DNA of 64,000 nucleotides from Callorhinchus milii (lineage: Eukaryota). A program made the position numbers and the translations under genes. The notes under the pieces are model-generated. The model worked only from the letters and a program-made list of their open reading frames with translations. It ran no database searches and was not told the origin of the DNA. Numbering within the stretch: the stretch's first letter is position 1; every line of letters begins with the position of its first letter. Location: assembly GCF_018977255.1 (NCBI RefSeq), contig NW_024704742.1, positions 96,288,001 to 96,352,000 on the forward strand, read 5' to 3'. Positions 39,151 to 50,480 of the stretch are shown here, in pieces.

Positions 39151-40452
39151 TGCCTGTCTACAGGCATAGTAGCAAAAATGAAAGCATTCTTTATCCTTAC
39201 TATAGTAAGAAAGCATGGGTAGATTCAACCATCGATTGAACTAATGTAAATTACTGGATAATAAACAGGAGAATAAGGGAGAGATTAGAGGATCATAGAG
39301 ATGCAGTATGTTTCAATTGTTTTAAGATCTCAACACACAATAACAAGTCAGTATCAGTGCACAGCTACTGCTACCTATCTCCTGGTTACCTTCCACCTTC
39401 GCAGTAATCGGGAGCTAACAATATTTGAGTGTTTGCCTGAAAGGTCTCTGAAGTGTAGCGAGCAATTCTCTTGGCCTAGGTTTTATGGAAAGGACACTAA
39501 ATGGGTGTTGGTACCTCTAAATCCTGTTTGATCACACAGGTGCAGCGCTGGGTCCCTGAAGGCAGAATTCCCACATGTTTCCTGGGGAAGTAGCCTTTGC
39601 AACACAGATTTTGTTTTAATAAAACAGTTTAGTTTAATAAAACAGTAATATCTTTACCAGGATTTATTCTACACCAGCNTTTTTTTAATAAGCTTGACTG
39701 ACTGATCAACTTTTATTCCACATGGTGGTGGTTCCTCATGGTTCCTCATCACTGGCTTTAAATGCAAGGGAGTTTTATCTGTTGTGAACCGTCAATAGTA
39801 GGTAAAAAAACATTTAAAAAATCTGGCAGAGAGTTCAACATAACTATGCCACTGATACATGGAAATTTCCCTGTGTCTGGAATGGATACTCTCCCTGGAG
39901 GAATACATCCTACTTACCTAATTCTGGAGAGCACGTTGGCGACAGATAAGGCTTAGGAATCCCAGAGAGTGTGTTGAGGTTATCGCTAGTGTTCAACCAG
40001 ACAGAATTACAGTATTGCCCTCAGTAACTGGTCTCCCCCTCTAATTCCTGTCAATGAGCGAGGCTGGCTGGTCTGTGACTAGCAGTGCCATGGAGTGTTG
40101 CAGACCTGTCTGGCTCAAGAACCGAACAACTAAGTCCATCACAGAGAGCCCAGCTGCAAGCAGACCCTACTAACTTGCCTCTAAAGAAATACAGTAAACC
40201 GCACATAAGTCATATCAGTTGGGACCATACATTTAATATGACTTTTGCAAAGTATGAGTTATGTCAAACTTGCATAGAATATAAACTGTTAAACGGGACT
40301 TGGGCAGATGTATGACTTTGGTGATTATACAATTTATACAGATCAGATTTATGCGAGTTTTACTGTAGTCCATTATATATATACATAGTTACAAAGTTAA
40401 AACAAAAAAACGTGCCTCTCAAAAACATAACAACAATGTAAGTTGGACTCGT

Positions 40453-40727
40453 GGAGTCCTGTAGCTCAGTAGTTAGAGCACTCGCCTGGCAAGCGAGACA
40501 CCTGGGTTCAATTCCAGGCAGGGCAAAACCTTGGGAAAGTTTCCTTACTCCACACGCCTAATAATAATCCCTCCAAAACAAAGCAATAATAAAATCCATG
40601 ACTGTTTGTGGGACACTGCTGTGTGCAATTGGCTGCCGCGTTTCGCCCACAAATATACGGTCAATTCACTTTACAGCATATTCTGTGAAGCACTTTGAGA
40701 TTTCTAGAAGATGTGAAAAGCGTTATA
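40453..40727 (+). mobile_element. tRNA-Ala-like SINE (short); its tail resumes at 41487-41522 after an insertion
   Basis: ...gtgaaaagcGTTATA | insert | GTTATAtcaaatgcaaggattattatt. Confidence 0.9.
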
Positions 40728-41473
40728 ATAATAATAATAATCCTTGTATTTGATATAGCGCTTTTCACGTCGGGAGGACGTCCCAAAGCGCTTCACAGAA
40801 CACACTGTAAAGTGAATTGACTGTATATTTGTGGGCGAACGCGGCAGCCAATTGCGCACAGCAATGTCCCACAAACAGTCGTAGATTGAAAATGACCAAT
40901 TTATTATTGTTTTTGGTTTTTGGAGGGATTATTATTAGGCGTGTGGAGTAAGGAAACTTGCCCAAGGTTTCGCCCTGCCTGGAATTGAACTCAGGTCTCT
41001 CGCTTGCAAAGCGAGTGCTCTAACCACTGAGCTACAGGTCTCTATTTATTTATTTAGAATATAACGTAGGACATCTATGATTTGAATTGTATAAAACATT
41101 CAGACTCCTATTACCATTTGGACCCATGTGCATTTTATCTCTGGCCACTGGGAAATATTACCTTGATTCAACATCAGACCACATAACAATACCTCCTGAA
41201 TCCCTGTTCATCTATGTATATTGAATATATTTACTAAAACATGAGTGAACCAACTGTTAAGAACCTTAGTAGTGGTTTCTATATTTGTTCACTGAAGCTC
41301 TGTTGATACATTAGGTGTCAGCCTGGCTAAATTGGTTGAACTCTCATCACTGAGTCATGAAGTTTATGGGTTCAAACCCGATGGTCAGGACTTTGATCAT
41401 ACAGCTTTATGCTGATCTCTAATAGAGTGATAGGAGAGTGCTGTGTTGTCGGAAGTATTGACCTTAAACCAAG
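40728..41473 (-). repeat. Inverted duplicate of 46321-47072 (SINE, unique flank and partial Deu SINE)
   Basis: Near-identical reverse complement, including ~270 bp of non-repeat sequence. Confidence 0.95.
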
Positions 41474-42590
41474 CTACAGGACTCCTGTTATATCAAATGC
41501 AAGGATTATTATTATTATTATTAAGTTTGGAAGGGGTAGGGGTAGAAGGATGGGCTGGTGCCATTTAGTATATCACCATGCTCGTTTACTGTTGTGACAA
41601 TAATTAAATTCTGTCTTAATTAATGCTGATATTAATTACATGCGCTAATTAAGGAATACCACAAATTCTATCTAAAGTTGCAAAGGTAACATGCTCGGAG
41701 CCATTAAATTATTGTATTATACCCAAGGCAGCTTTAGATTTCAATTATAGCATCCTTGCATTTGATATAGCACCTTTCACATTGGGAGGATATCTCGAAG
41801 CATTTCAGAGGATTCTGTGTAAAGGGAAGCAACTGTATATTTTGTAGGTGAACACAAATTATCAGTACAACAGTAAACTGAATTCAACTGTACTTTTTAT
41901 TTTCTATGCACCGTAAAGTGTTAATTCTGCACAGTGTAATGTGCCTATTGGATGTGGCTCATGACTCATGTGGTAGAATACAAGAAAGGAAGCTAATTAA
42001 GGAACAAGATGATAGTTGAATGTCTTAATCAGCTGGAGACCCTCTTCCAGCGCAGAACCTGCTTAGACATTACAAGTCCTTATTAAATCTTCCTGAAAAA
42101 CAGAATTACTGTGACAGTGAAAGGTTGTGTTTTGCTTGTTTTAGTAGATCAAGCTGTGTTTAAATGGATGTAGCACCTACTTAAATTTTAAATGGATTCC
42201 TAATGGTGTACCTGCTTGGTGCTGCCATGAAAACACACTCTCAGAATCCAGCACTAGGGTGATAATTAGTGCCCAGACAATGGGGTTCCTGATTCCAATA
42301 AACATACAGAGGAAATATGTCAGTTGCATTACTCTGAGCACAGGTGGCAATACCACCATGTACATTGTTTTAGAGGAATAGTCCAAAGGTGGAGCAAAAA
42401 CCAAAATGGAAGTGGGTGAGGTAATAGCTGGTAATAGGTACAATGGGACACTCTGCAGTGATTCCACATGTGAGCGCCCTGGGTATGGACAAAAGGACAT
42501 TTCTCAGAAGTTAAAATTAAATCCAACAATGGAAAAAATGAGAAAATGTCAAAGTTATTCAGATTACCTCAAAATACTTTGGCCTCCATT

Positions 42591-43090
42591 AGAATCATAG
42601 AATCATAGAATCATACATCACAGAAGAAGGCCATTTGGCCCATAGTGCCTTTGAACTTTTTTTAAACCTATTTTATTTGCCACTGTCCAGTCAAACATCT
42701 CTCTGGTCAAACCTTGCAATCAGCCGAGGAATGGCTATATTGTGCTTGATTTTCTCTGCCTTCCTTAAGGCAAATGCTGGATTCACAAAATCAATAGATT
42801 ACAAGATTGGTTTCGATGAAGACGTTTCGTCCCTTCTGTTTACATCCTTCCAAAACATCCACCATACCATCCTCCAAACACAGCATCAAGCAGCTTTTTA
42901 AATGTGTTCAATATCTCGGCCTCTGACATCCTTCCTGTTAACCAGTTTCAGTCAAGTATTACCCTCTGAGTAAAGAAAAACTTCCTGTATCTGTCTTGAA
43001 ATTGCCCTTTACAACTCTAAACCTATGTCGTTTTGTTCTACTATCTAGTTGCATCCAAATGTACTGATCTATGTTTACTTTTTAAAAACT
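42591..43090 (-). mobile_element. CR1 3' fragments
   Basis: (agaatcat)n tail followed by cacagaagaaggccatttggccc; attaccctctgagtaaagaaaaacttcctg. Confidence 0.7.
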
Positions 43091-43111
43091 CTTCAGCAAT
43101 CGCCCTGATAT

Positions 43112-43480
43112 TAATAATAAAATATCTTGCATTTAATATAGTGCCTTATCATGTCTTTGAGATGTCTCAAAGTGCTTCACTGAATACACTGTAAAGCCTA
43201 TTGACTGTGTATTTTGTGGGCGAAACGCGGCAGCCAATTGTGCACAGCAGCATCCCACAAACAGTCGTGGGTTGAGTGACCAATTTATTTATTTTTTTGA
43301 CGGTATTATTACCCCCATAAAAGCGATTCGCCAATTGACTAACAACATGGTTCCTACTTATTACTAGGTAAACACAGGAGTGTGGAGTAAGGAAACTTGC
43401 CGAACATTTTGCCCTGATGGGGATCGAACCCAGGTCCTCTTGCTAGAGCGAGGGCTCTAACCACTGAGCTACAGGACTCC
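43112..43480 (-). mobile_element. tRNA-Ala-like SINE (long subfamily)
   Basis: Full head, body and tail. Confidence 0.9.
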
Positions 43481-45421
43481 ATGTATAGCTATAGTAAAGG
43501 TGAATGTGGGGAATAAGGTAAGCAAGTCTATATTCTACTACTCAGTGTATAATGGAACACCAGCTCACTGGAACTGGAATTCTTTAATGATCATTCAGTC
43601 TTCATCAGGTTAAATCTGAACACCAACTGCTATCTGAACCAGTTTAATGCTCAGCTCTCAACATTTCACTTTCACTTCTTTTTTTACAGTGTTACTTGAT
43701 TGTTTTGTATAATTTTGCATCACATCAACTGGAAAACGGAATTATTTTAAGAAAATAAAGTCCTTGGTCTTGTTATGAACAGGATTCAACTGTTTTTTCA
43801 CTGAAAAAAAATGCTGTTTTATTTTTGTTTCATTTTAATGCTGTTAAATAATGCTGTTTCCTTTTTGTTTTATTTTGTTTTTCCCCTGTTTCAATTTTCA
43901 CCCTTCCTCCCCGAGTGCTAGTGACTCTTCATTTGTGAGCTTGGACAGTGAGCATTTGTTGGTTGTTTGACATGTGGGAACAACAGAGTCAAGATTGATC
44001 CTGTCCTCACCAGAAATTCATACACACACTTTTCCAATGCGAGAGGCAATGACTGGTGTGAAACTAACGCTCCTTCTGGTAAGCAAAATTGCACCACTCC
44101 AATCCATTGGAACATCTCTCCACTGCAATTTACTTCTAGATTGGAGTTCCCACTGGTGAACAGAAATTTTAACAGATTTCTTTACTGACAAGAAATACTA
44201 CAAATTGGAAATTAGACTAAGCTATTCAATTTTAGCTGGTTATACTCTTGCAGTATCCCATCACACATTCTGGGCTCCCCAAGCCTTGGCTCTTGGAAGC
44301 CTGTTCCTAATACTCTCTGAAATTAGGTAAGCAGGGTGTGTCCCTCTGAGTAGAGCATGCACATTCCATTCCAGACCTGCAGACATTTCCATGAAACTCT
44401 CTCAGTCTGATTTAGATACCCTTAAATGTGACGATGGGTTTCGTCACGTGTCAGACACCTGGCTGACCAAAATCAAAATGAGATCCCAATCACTGGTGGG
44501 AGTAAAAATGATATGAATCCATCACAGTGTTTAATACAAACCTTTTTTTTTGTTCCTGAAGCTTAAGCATTAACATTTTTTTAGACTGAAATTAGCACAA
44601 TGACAGTACTAGAATAAAATAAAATCTGAAATGTATAGTGCATGGGACAAAGAAACAGGATACATTTTTATCAGGCAATTGAACTCTGTGGCAGGCTAAT
44701 TCAATCTGGATGTTATTTTATTAGATTCAACAGAAAAAGAAAACCTGCATTTGTTCACCAATATAACTAACAATGAATTTTCCAACTTCAGCCCTACGTT
44801 CTGTTATTCTGATAATATCCGAGCACAGAGCTTCTAGTCTCGTAAATCTGCAGCAATAGAATTAGCTCTACTCTGGGAATAAGCTAAATATTTCATTGGA
44901 GATTTATGAGCATTTATTGTTTTCTTGGCAGCTACCATTGATTTGCTGCTTCAGAAAAGTACTGCTAGAAGTCATACCAGCAAAGTTAAATGCAGCATTT
45001 CCATCCCAGAATTAACAAAGAGCCGCTGAAAGAATTCAATTTAATGTAATGAGCAGTTTAACATTGTAAATAATCCATGAAAAAATTTTACTCAATCACA
45101 CTGGAACAGGCAGAGCAAATCACTAACCCAATGACAGTGGGATTTCACCTGTTGTCAATTAAATATTGTCTTTCATACCACACCTCCTAGGTGGGAGCTG
45201 ATCCAGAATCACCTGAAATTGAAATAGCACAGTGGGTAGAAGAGCTGGTAGTGGGTTTTCTTGGGGTTTGAGGTCACTTAGGTTCAGCTCTGGATTTAAA
45301 CCGCTGCTTCCCAATAAAGTAAATCGAGTTACCCCCAAATATACTGGAGGCTTCCCTACCATTGATTTCACTACAGCAGCCTAGCAGAGGAAGAGACAGG
45401 TACCAACTCCAGGATATTTAT

Positions 45422-45787
45422 AAATAATAATAATCTTTGCTTTTGGTATAGTGTCTTTCACGTCAGGAGGACATCCCAAAATGCTTCACAGGATTTGCTG
45501 TGTAAAGTGACAAAAACACGACAGCTAATTTGCGGACTGTAGTGCCCCACAAATGACCAATTTTATTTGAAGGTTTGTTGGCCAGGACACTTGGAGAAAC
45601 TCTCTTTTTGTATATTGCTATGGGATATTTAACGTCCAGCTGAATGAGCAGGTGGGGCACTCGGTTTAACGCTTCATCCGAAGGACAGCACCTTCGACAA
45701 TGCAACACACTCCTAGCCTTGCGTTGATTAGGTGAGTTCAAGTCCCTGACTCAGAGGCGAGAGTGCTACCACTGAACCATGCTGACA
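45422..45787 (-). mobile_element. Deu-domain SINE
   Basis: Tail, Deu body and head (gagagtgctaccactgaaccatgctgac). Confidence 0.85.
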
Positions 45788-46051
45788 CACTAGTATTTCA
45801 TTAATGGTGCAAATTTCACATTGGTCATTAAGGGTAACATGTTTCTTTGCGCATCATCAGATGTGTATATTGGATTATTGGGCATTCATCAATCATAGGG
45901 ATATTCCTGGTTCCCTCCCACCCCCAATTCGGATGCCCACTTGCACTGTGAAGCACTTTGGGATTTCCTTCTGATGCGAAAAGTGCTATATCAATGTAGA
46001 TTGTATTGTGTTTTATATTGTGGCAAATTACGCTTAGTAGAAACATGATAA

Positions 46052-46478
46052 TTAATAATAATCCTTACATTTAATATAGCGCCTTTCACACCAGGAGGAC
46101 ATTTCAAAGCACTTCACAAGATAAACTATAAAGTGGAGTCACTGTATGTTTTATGAACAAACACAGCAGCCAATATTCACACAACAATGTTCCAGAAACA
46201 ACCACAAATGATCAATTGCATCTGGAGGATTATTGGTCAGGACATTCCCTTAATCCCTTCTCTTTACAAATAGTGCCATGAAATCTTAACGTCCACTTGA
46301 ACTTGAACAAGAAGATGGATCTTGGTTTAAGGTCAATACTTCCGACAACACAGCACTCTCCTATCACTCTATTAGAGATCAGCATAAAGCTGTATGATCA
46401 AAGTCCTGACCATCGGGTTTGAACCCATAAACTTCATGACTCAGTGATGAGAGTTCAACCAATTTAGCCAGGCTGACA
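46052..46478 (-). mobile_element. Deu-domain SINE, full length
   Basis: Tail at 46052; head ccaatttagccaggctgac. Confidence 0.85.
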
Positions 46479-46751
46479 CCTAATGTATCAACAGAGCTTC
46501 AGTGAACAAATATAGAAACCACTACTAAGGTTCTTAACAGCTGGTTCACTCATGTTTTAGTAAATATATTCAATATACATAGATGAACAGGGATTCAGGA
46601 GGTATTGTTATGTGGTCTGATGTTGAATCAAGGTAATATTTCCCAGTGGCCAGAGATAAAATGCACATGGGTCCAAATGGTAATGGGTGTCTGAATGTTT
46701 TATACAATTCAAATCATAGATGTCCTACGTTATATTCTAAATAAATAAATA

Positions 46752-47083
46752 GAGACCTGTAGCTCAGTGGTTAGAGCACTCGCTTTGCAAGCGAGAGACC
46801 TGAGTTCAATTCCAGGCAGGTCAGGGCGAAACCTTGGGCAAGTTTCCTTACTCCACACAGAGCCTAATAATAATCCCTCCAAAAACCAAAAACAATAATA
46901 AATTGGTCATTTTCAATCTACGACTGTTTGTGGGACATTGCTGTGCGCAATTGGCTGCCGCGTTTGCCCATAAATATACAGTCAATTCACTTTACAGTGT
47001 GTTCTGTGAAGCGCTTTGGGACGTCCTCCCGACGTGAAAAGCGCTATATCAAATGCAAGGATTATTATTATTGTTATTATTAT
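46752..47083 (+). mobile_element. tRNA-Ala-like SINE (short subfamily), young
   Basis: A/B boxes, tcgctttgcaagcga anticodon arm, intact CpGs. Confidence 0.9.
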
Positions 47084-47087
47084 ATGT

Positions 47088-47817
47088 GGAGCCCTGTAAC
47101 TCAATGGTTAGAGCAATTGCCTCGCAAGCAAGAGACCTGGATTCAATTCCCGGCAGGGCGAAACGTTGGGTAAGTTTCCTTACTCCACACACCTCTGTTT
47201 ACCTACAAATATGTAACAACAACAACAACAAGGTTCCATTTATAGAGCGTCTTTCACGTCGGGAAGACATCCCAAGGCGCTGTACAGTTGGGTCAGGACC
47301 TGAGCAAGGGGGAAATGGTCAGGGTGAGGGGAGGGAAGGGAGGGAGTGAGGAGGGGGTAGAGAGTCGAGAGGGGAGCTGAAGGCACGGTCAAAGAGAAAG
47401 GTCTTGAGACCGACCTTGAAGGAAAGGGAGGAGGCGGCGAAGGCACTGGAGGATAGAGTTCCAGAGCCTAGGGGCTGAGAGGCTGAAAGCCCGGCCACCG
47501 ATGGTAGGGCAGTTGGGGCGGGGGATGTGGAGCAGACCGGAGCCAGAGGAACGGAGGGTACAGGCATGTAAGAACCCGGTTGTTAGACGATTGGCGGATA
47601 GCTTTTCAGGGGGTAATAATTCCTTTTAAAAAATAATGAATTGGTCACTCGATCCAGGACTGTTTGTGGGACACTGCTGTGCACAATTGGCTGCTGCATT
47701 TCACCCACAAAATATACAGTCAAGTCGCTTTATGGTATGTTCTTTGAAGCACTTTGAGACGTCTCGAACACATGATAAGGCGCTATATCAAATGCAAGGA
47801 TTATTATCATTATTATA
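47088..47817 (+). mobile_element. tRNA-Ala-like SINE (long) split by an antisense L2 3' end (47215-47572)
   Basis: SINE breaks at ctgtttacctac and resumes at aacccggttgttag. Confidence 0.9.
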
Positions 47818-48264
47818 ATCATGGAGGAGATTAAAAGAGTCAATAACAATGGTAGCATTTAATGTGCATCACCACATTAAATTTCTCAAATACACTAGTC
47901 ACAATCTAACAAGGAGCCTATTGATCGAGCCAATACATTCCATTTGCTGATTGTCCTCATGGGATTAGAAGTTTATTAAAGGATGTTTCTTCCAATCTTC
48001 ATTTGCTGCCGTGGTGGACCCAACGTATGTGATAGGGGATATTTCAGACAAATCAAGCAGTTTTATGCAGAACCCATGGTAAATCACAGGGCACTTATGG
48101 ATGGTGGATGATTTGACATGGAAGGGAGAGTTCACATAATGTTTCTTTCAATAATGCACCATTGTAATACAGAACAGACACATGCATCTTTATGAACTTT
48201 GGAAAAATCCTACTCTGCATGTTTGTCTACTCAGCAGCTCAAGAAGTCCAACATTGACTTCTCT

Positions 48265-48830
48265 ATTTATATTACACCCTACATACGGGGCAGTGTCTCG
48301 GAGCACTTAACAGTGGCGGAGCCTGATGCCGAGCCAGGGGGAGGGAGGAGGTGACCATAAGCAGAGTCGAAGAGGAAGGTCTTCAGTCATGATCTAAAAG
48401 AGGAGGAGGGGACAAGGCAGAAAGATTGAAGGAGAGAGTTCCAAAGGTTCAGGGTTTAGTGGCTAAAAGCTCGGCCACAGATGGTGCAGATAGGACAAGG
48501 GACAAGCAGGAGGCCAGAGTCAGCTGAGCGGAAGCAGCAGGTAGTGGAGTGGGGAGAAAGCAGGTTAGAAAGGTAGGGAGGTGCCAGTGCGTGAAGATAT
48601 TTTTAACTGTTTGAGAGGATCTTAAAATCGATCTGTTCTGTGATAGGGAACCAGTGGAGCCTGATAAGGAACCAGTGGAGCATGGAGTTAGTGTGGATGA
48701 GAATACGGGCGACAGAGTTCTGAGTCAGTCGTAGTTTGTGGGTGGTGGAGCTGGGGAGGCCAGTGAGGAGCACATTGGAGTAATCGAGGCGGAAGATAAC
48801 AAAGGCGTGGACGAGGGTTTCACCGGGGTC
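48265..48830 (-). mobile_element. L2 3' fragment
   Basis: Shares the 3'UTR gcatcaggctcc(a/g)ccactgttaag with 10385-10787. Confidence 0.85.
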
Positions 48831-50049
48831 TCATCCAACCTTCTTCCTCTTAGGATTGTTGTAATCAACAACCAGTATTCATATAACAATATTGTGAAGA
48901 AAGGTAACATTTCATAAATAATTGGCGTGTGTGTAGATCTGATCCCTAATTAACATAAGAACGAACTAGTTCCAAGCCCACCCAGGATTTCCATATCTTT
49001 GTGATATATCTCTAATCTTACATTCGCTAGACATGTAAAGTGCTTTTTCATGTCAGCACTGAAAATATCAGAAAGTGTTTTACGAACAAAGCATAAAATC
49101 AGGATAGTTATTATCAAGCCTATTGTAGAAATTCTCTTTTGCATGCCAATCTAGGCACAGGGATTGTATCATATCAAATTCAAAGTAACACTTTGCAATC
49201 ACAGCAAGAATTTCATTTCATACCATGCTAAAATAGAATGGATCCCTAGGCCATTCAAAGCTTAATAGTTGTGTCATGGCAACTGTGCATGTCTCAGAAC
49301 CACAGGATCATGTCCGGTTTGATTCCATCTCTGTGCAAGTGAACATTTGTGCTTAGAAAGTACCGATTTACAAATGGATTAGTGAAACAGTAAAATGATT
49401 TGTTTCAAAATAAACTTTGACATTTATCAGTACTTTAATATCAAAACAGTAATTGGGATGAAAAGTATGCTATTCAATGTTATTATTACCACTGGTGATA
49501 ATTATCTGGACTTTCTGCTGCTGGGATCTCCCACTTGATAACATCCCCCAACCTTGTGCAAATGGTTTGCGCCAAATCCATTTGCAGAAGCCAGTGAAAT
49601 GGCCCATGTGATGACCTGCTTACACTTCATTCCTCTATCCATCTCTTTCGTTCATGTAGCTCTCAAACTCTCTGCCTTAATCCCTCCACCTTGCCTCCTC
49701 ATTGCCCATCTTCATATTGCACATTCCTCTTCAACCGTGCCTCCAGTTACCTCCACTTTCTCCCTGGTTCAGCGTCAAGCTCTGCCACTGTCAAGCGCAC
49801 CAAGATGCTACCCCATGTAAAGGGCGCTATATAAATGCAAGTTGTTGTTGTTATAAACCTGCCACTGTGTGTAGCCCAAAATTTCAGAACTGCCTTGCTG
49901 ATTTTTAACTCAGTTTGTAAAGTTGTGTTATCAACTGGGACATTATCAGGAATGGAGAGTCCAGCAATAGGACAATTTTCACCAGTAATGATATTGAATG
50001 TCATATTATTTACCTGCACAAGAATCAATATTATCACCTCTAATGAATG

Positions 50050-50480
50050 TATCCAACTATCAAGAAAGAACGCACAAGTTGCAGCTATATTTCCAAGAGG
50101 TGAGACAATTGAGAGGGGACCAAATCCAGGTGTTTAAGATTATGAAAGTGATGAGATGGATGTTGATAAGCTATTTCCACTTGTTGGTGAGTCCAAAACT
50201 AGAGGGAATACAAATGAGTTAGCTAGGGGTAGATCAAATAGGGAGTTTTGGAAGAGCTTCTTCACGGTGGTGAGAATGTGAAACACATTTCCAAAAGCTG
50301 TGATTCAAAGAAAAAGCATCAGTGTATTTAAGAGAAAATGTGGATGCATAAATGAGGAAGAAAGGAATAGAGTGGTATAGGTGAGGGGAATAGGAAGAAG
50401 GGGAGCTCATGTGGAGTATAAACACCAGCATGGACTAGTTAGGCTGAATAAGCAAATCATATTATTCTATGTAACTATTT
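50050..50480 (+). mobile_element. CR1 3' fragment
   Basis: LRGDQIQVFKIMK motif in ORF 49998..50222; gtggagtataaacaccagcatggactagttaggctgaat. Confidence 0.8.

Noticed and set aside
39918..40180. Minus-strand acceptor/donor pair
   Set aside because: All three frames contain stops, so a coding exon is unsupported
40765..40965. Recurrent small ORF MGKFPYSTRL... as a gene family
   Set aside because: Translations of SINE copies from non-ATG starts
46752..46825. Functional tRNA-Ala genes (also at 9390, 40453, 43410 and others)
   Set aside because: No proper acceptor stem, and each continues into a SINE body; these are SINE heads
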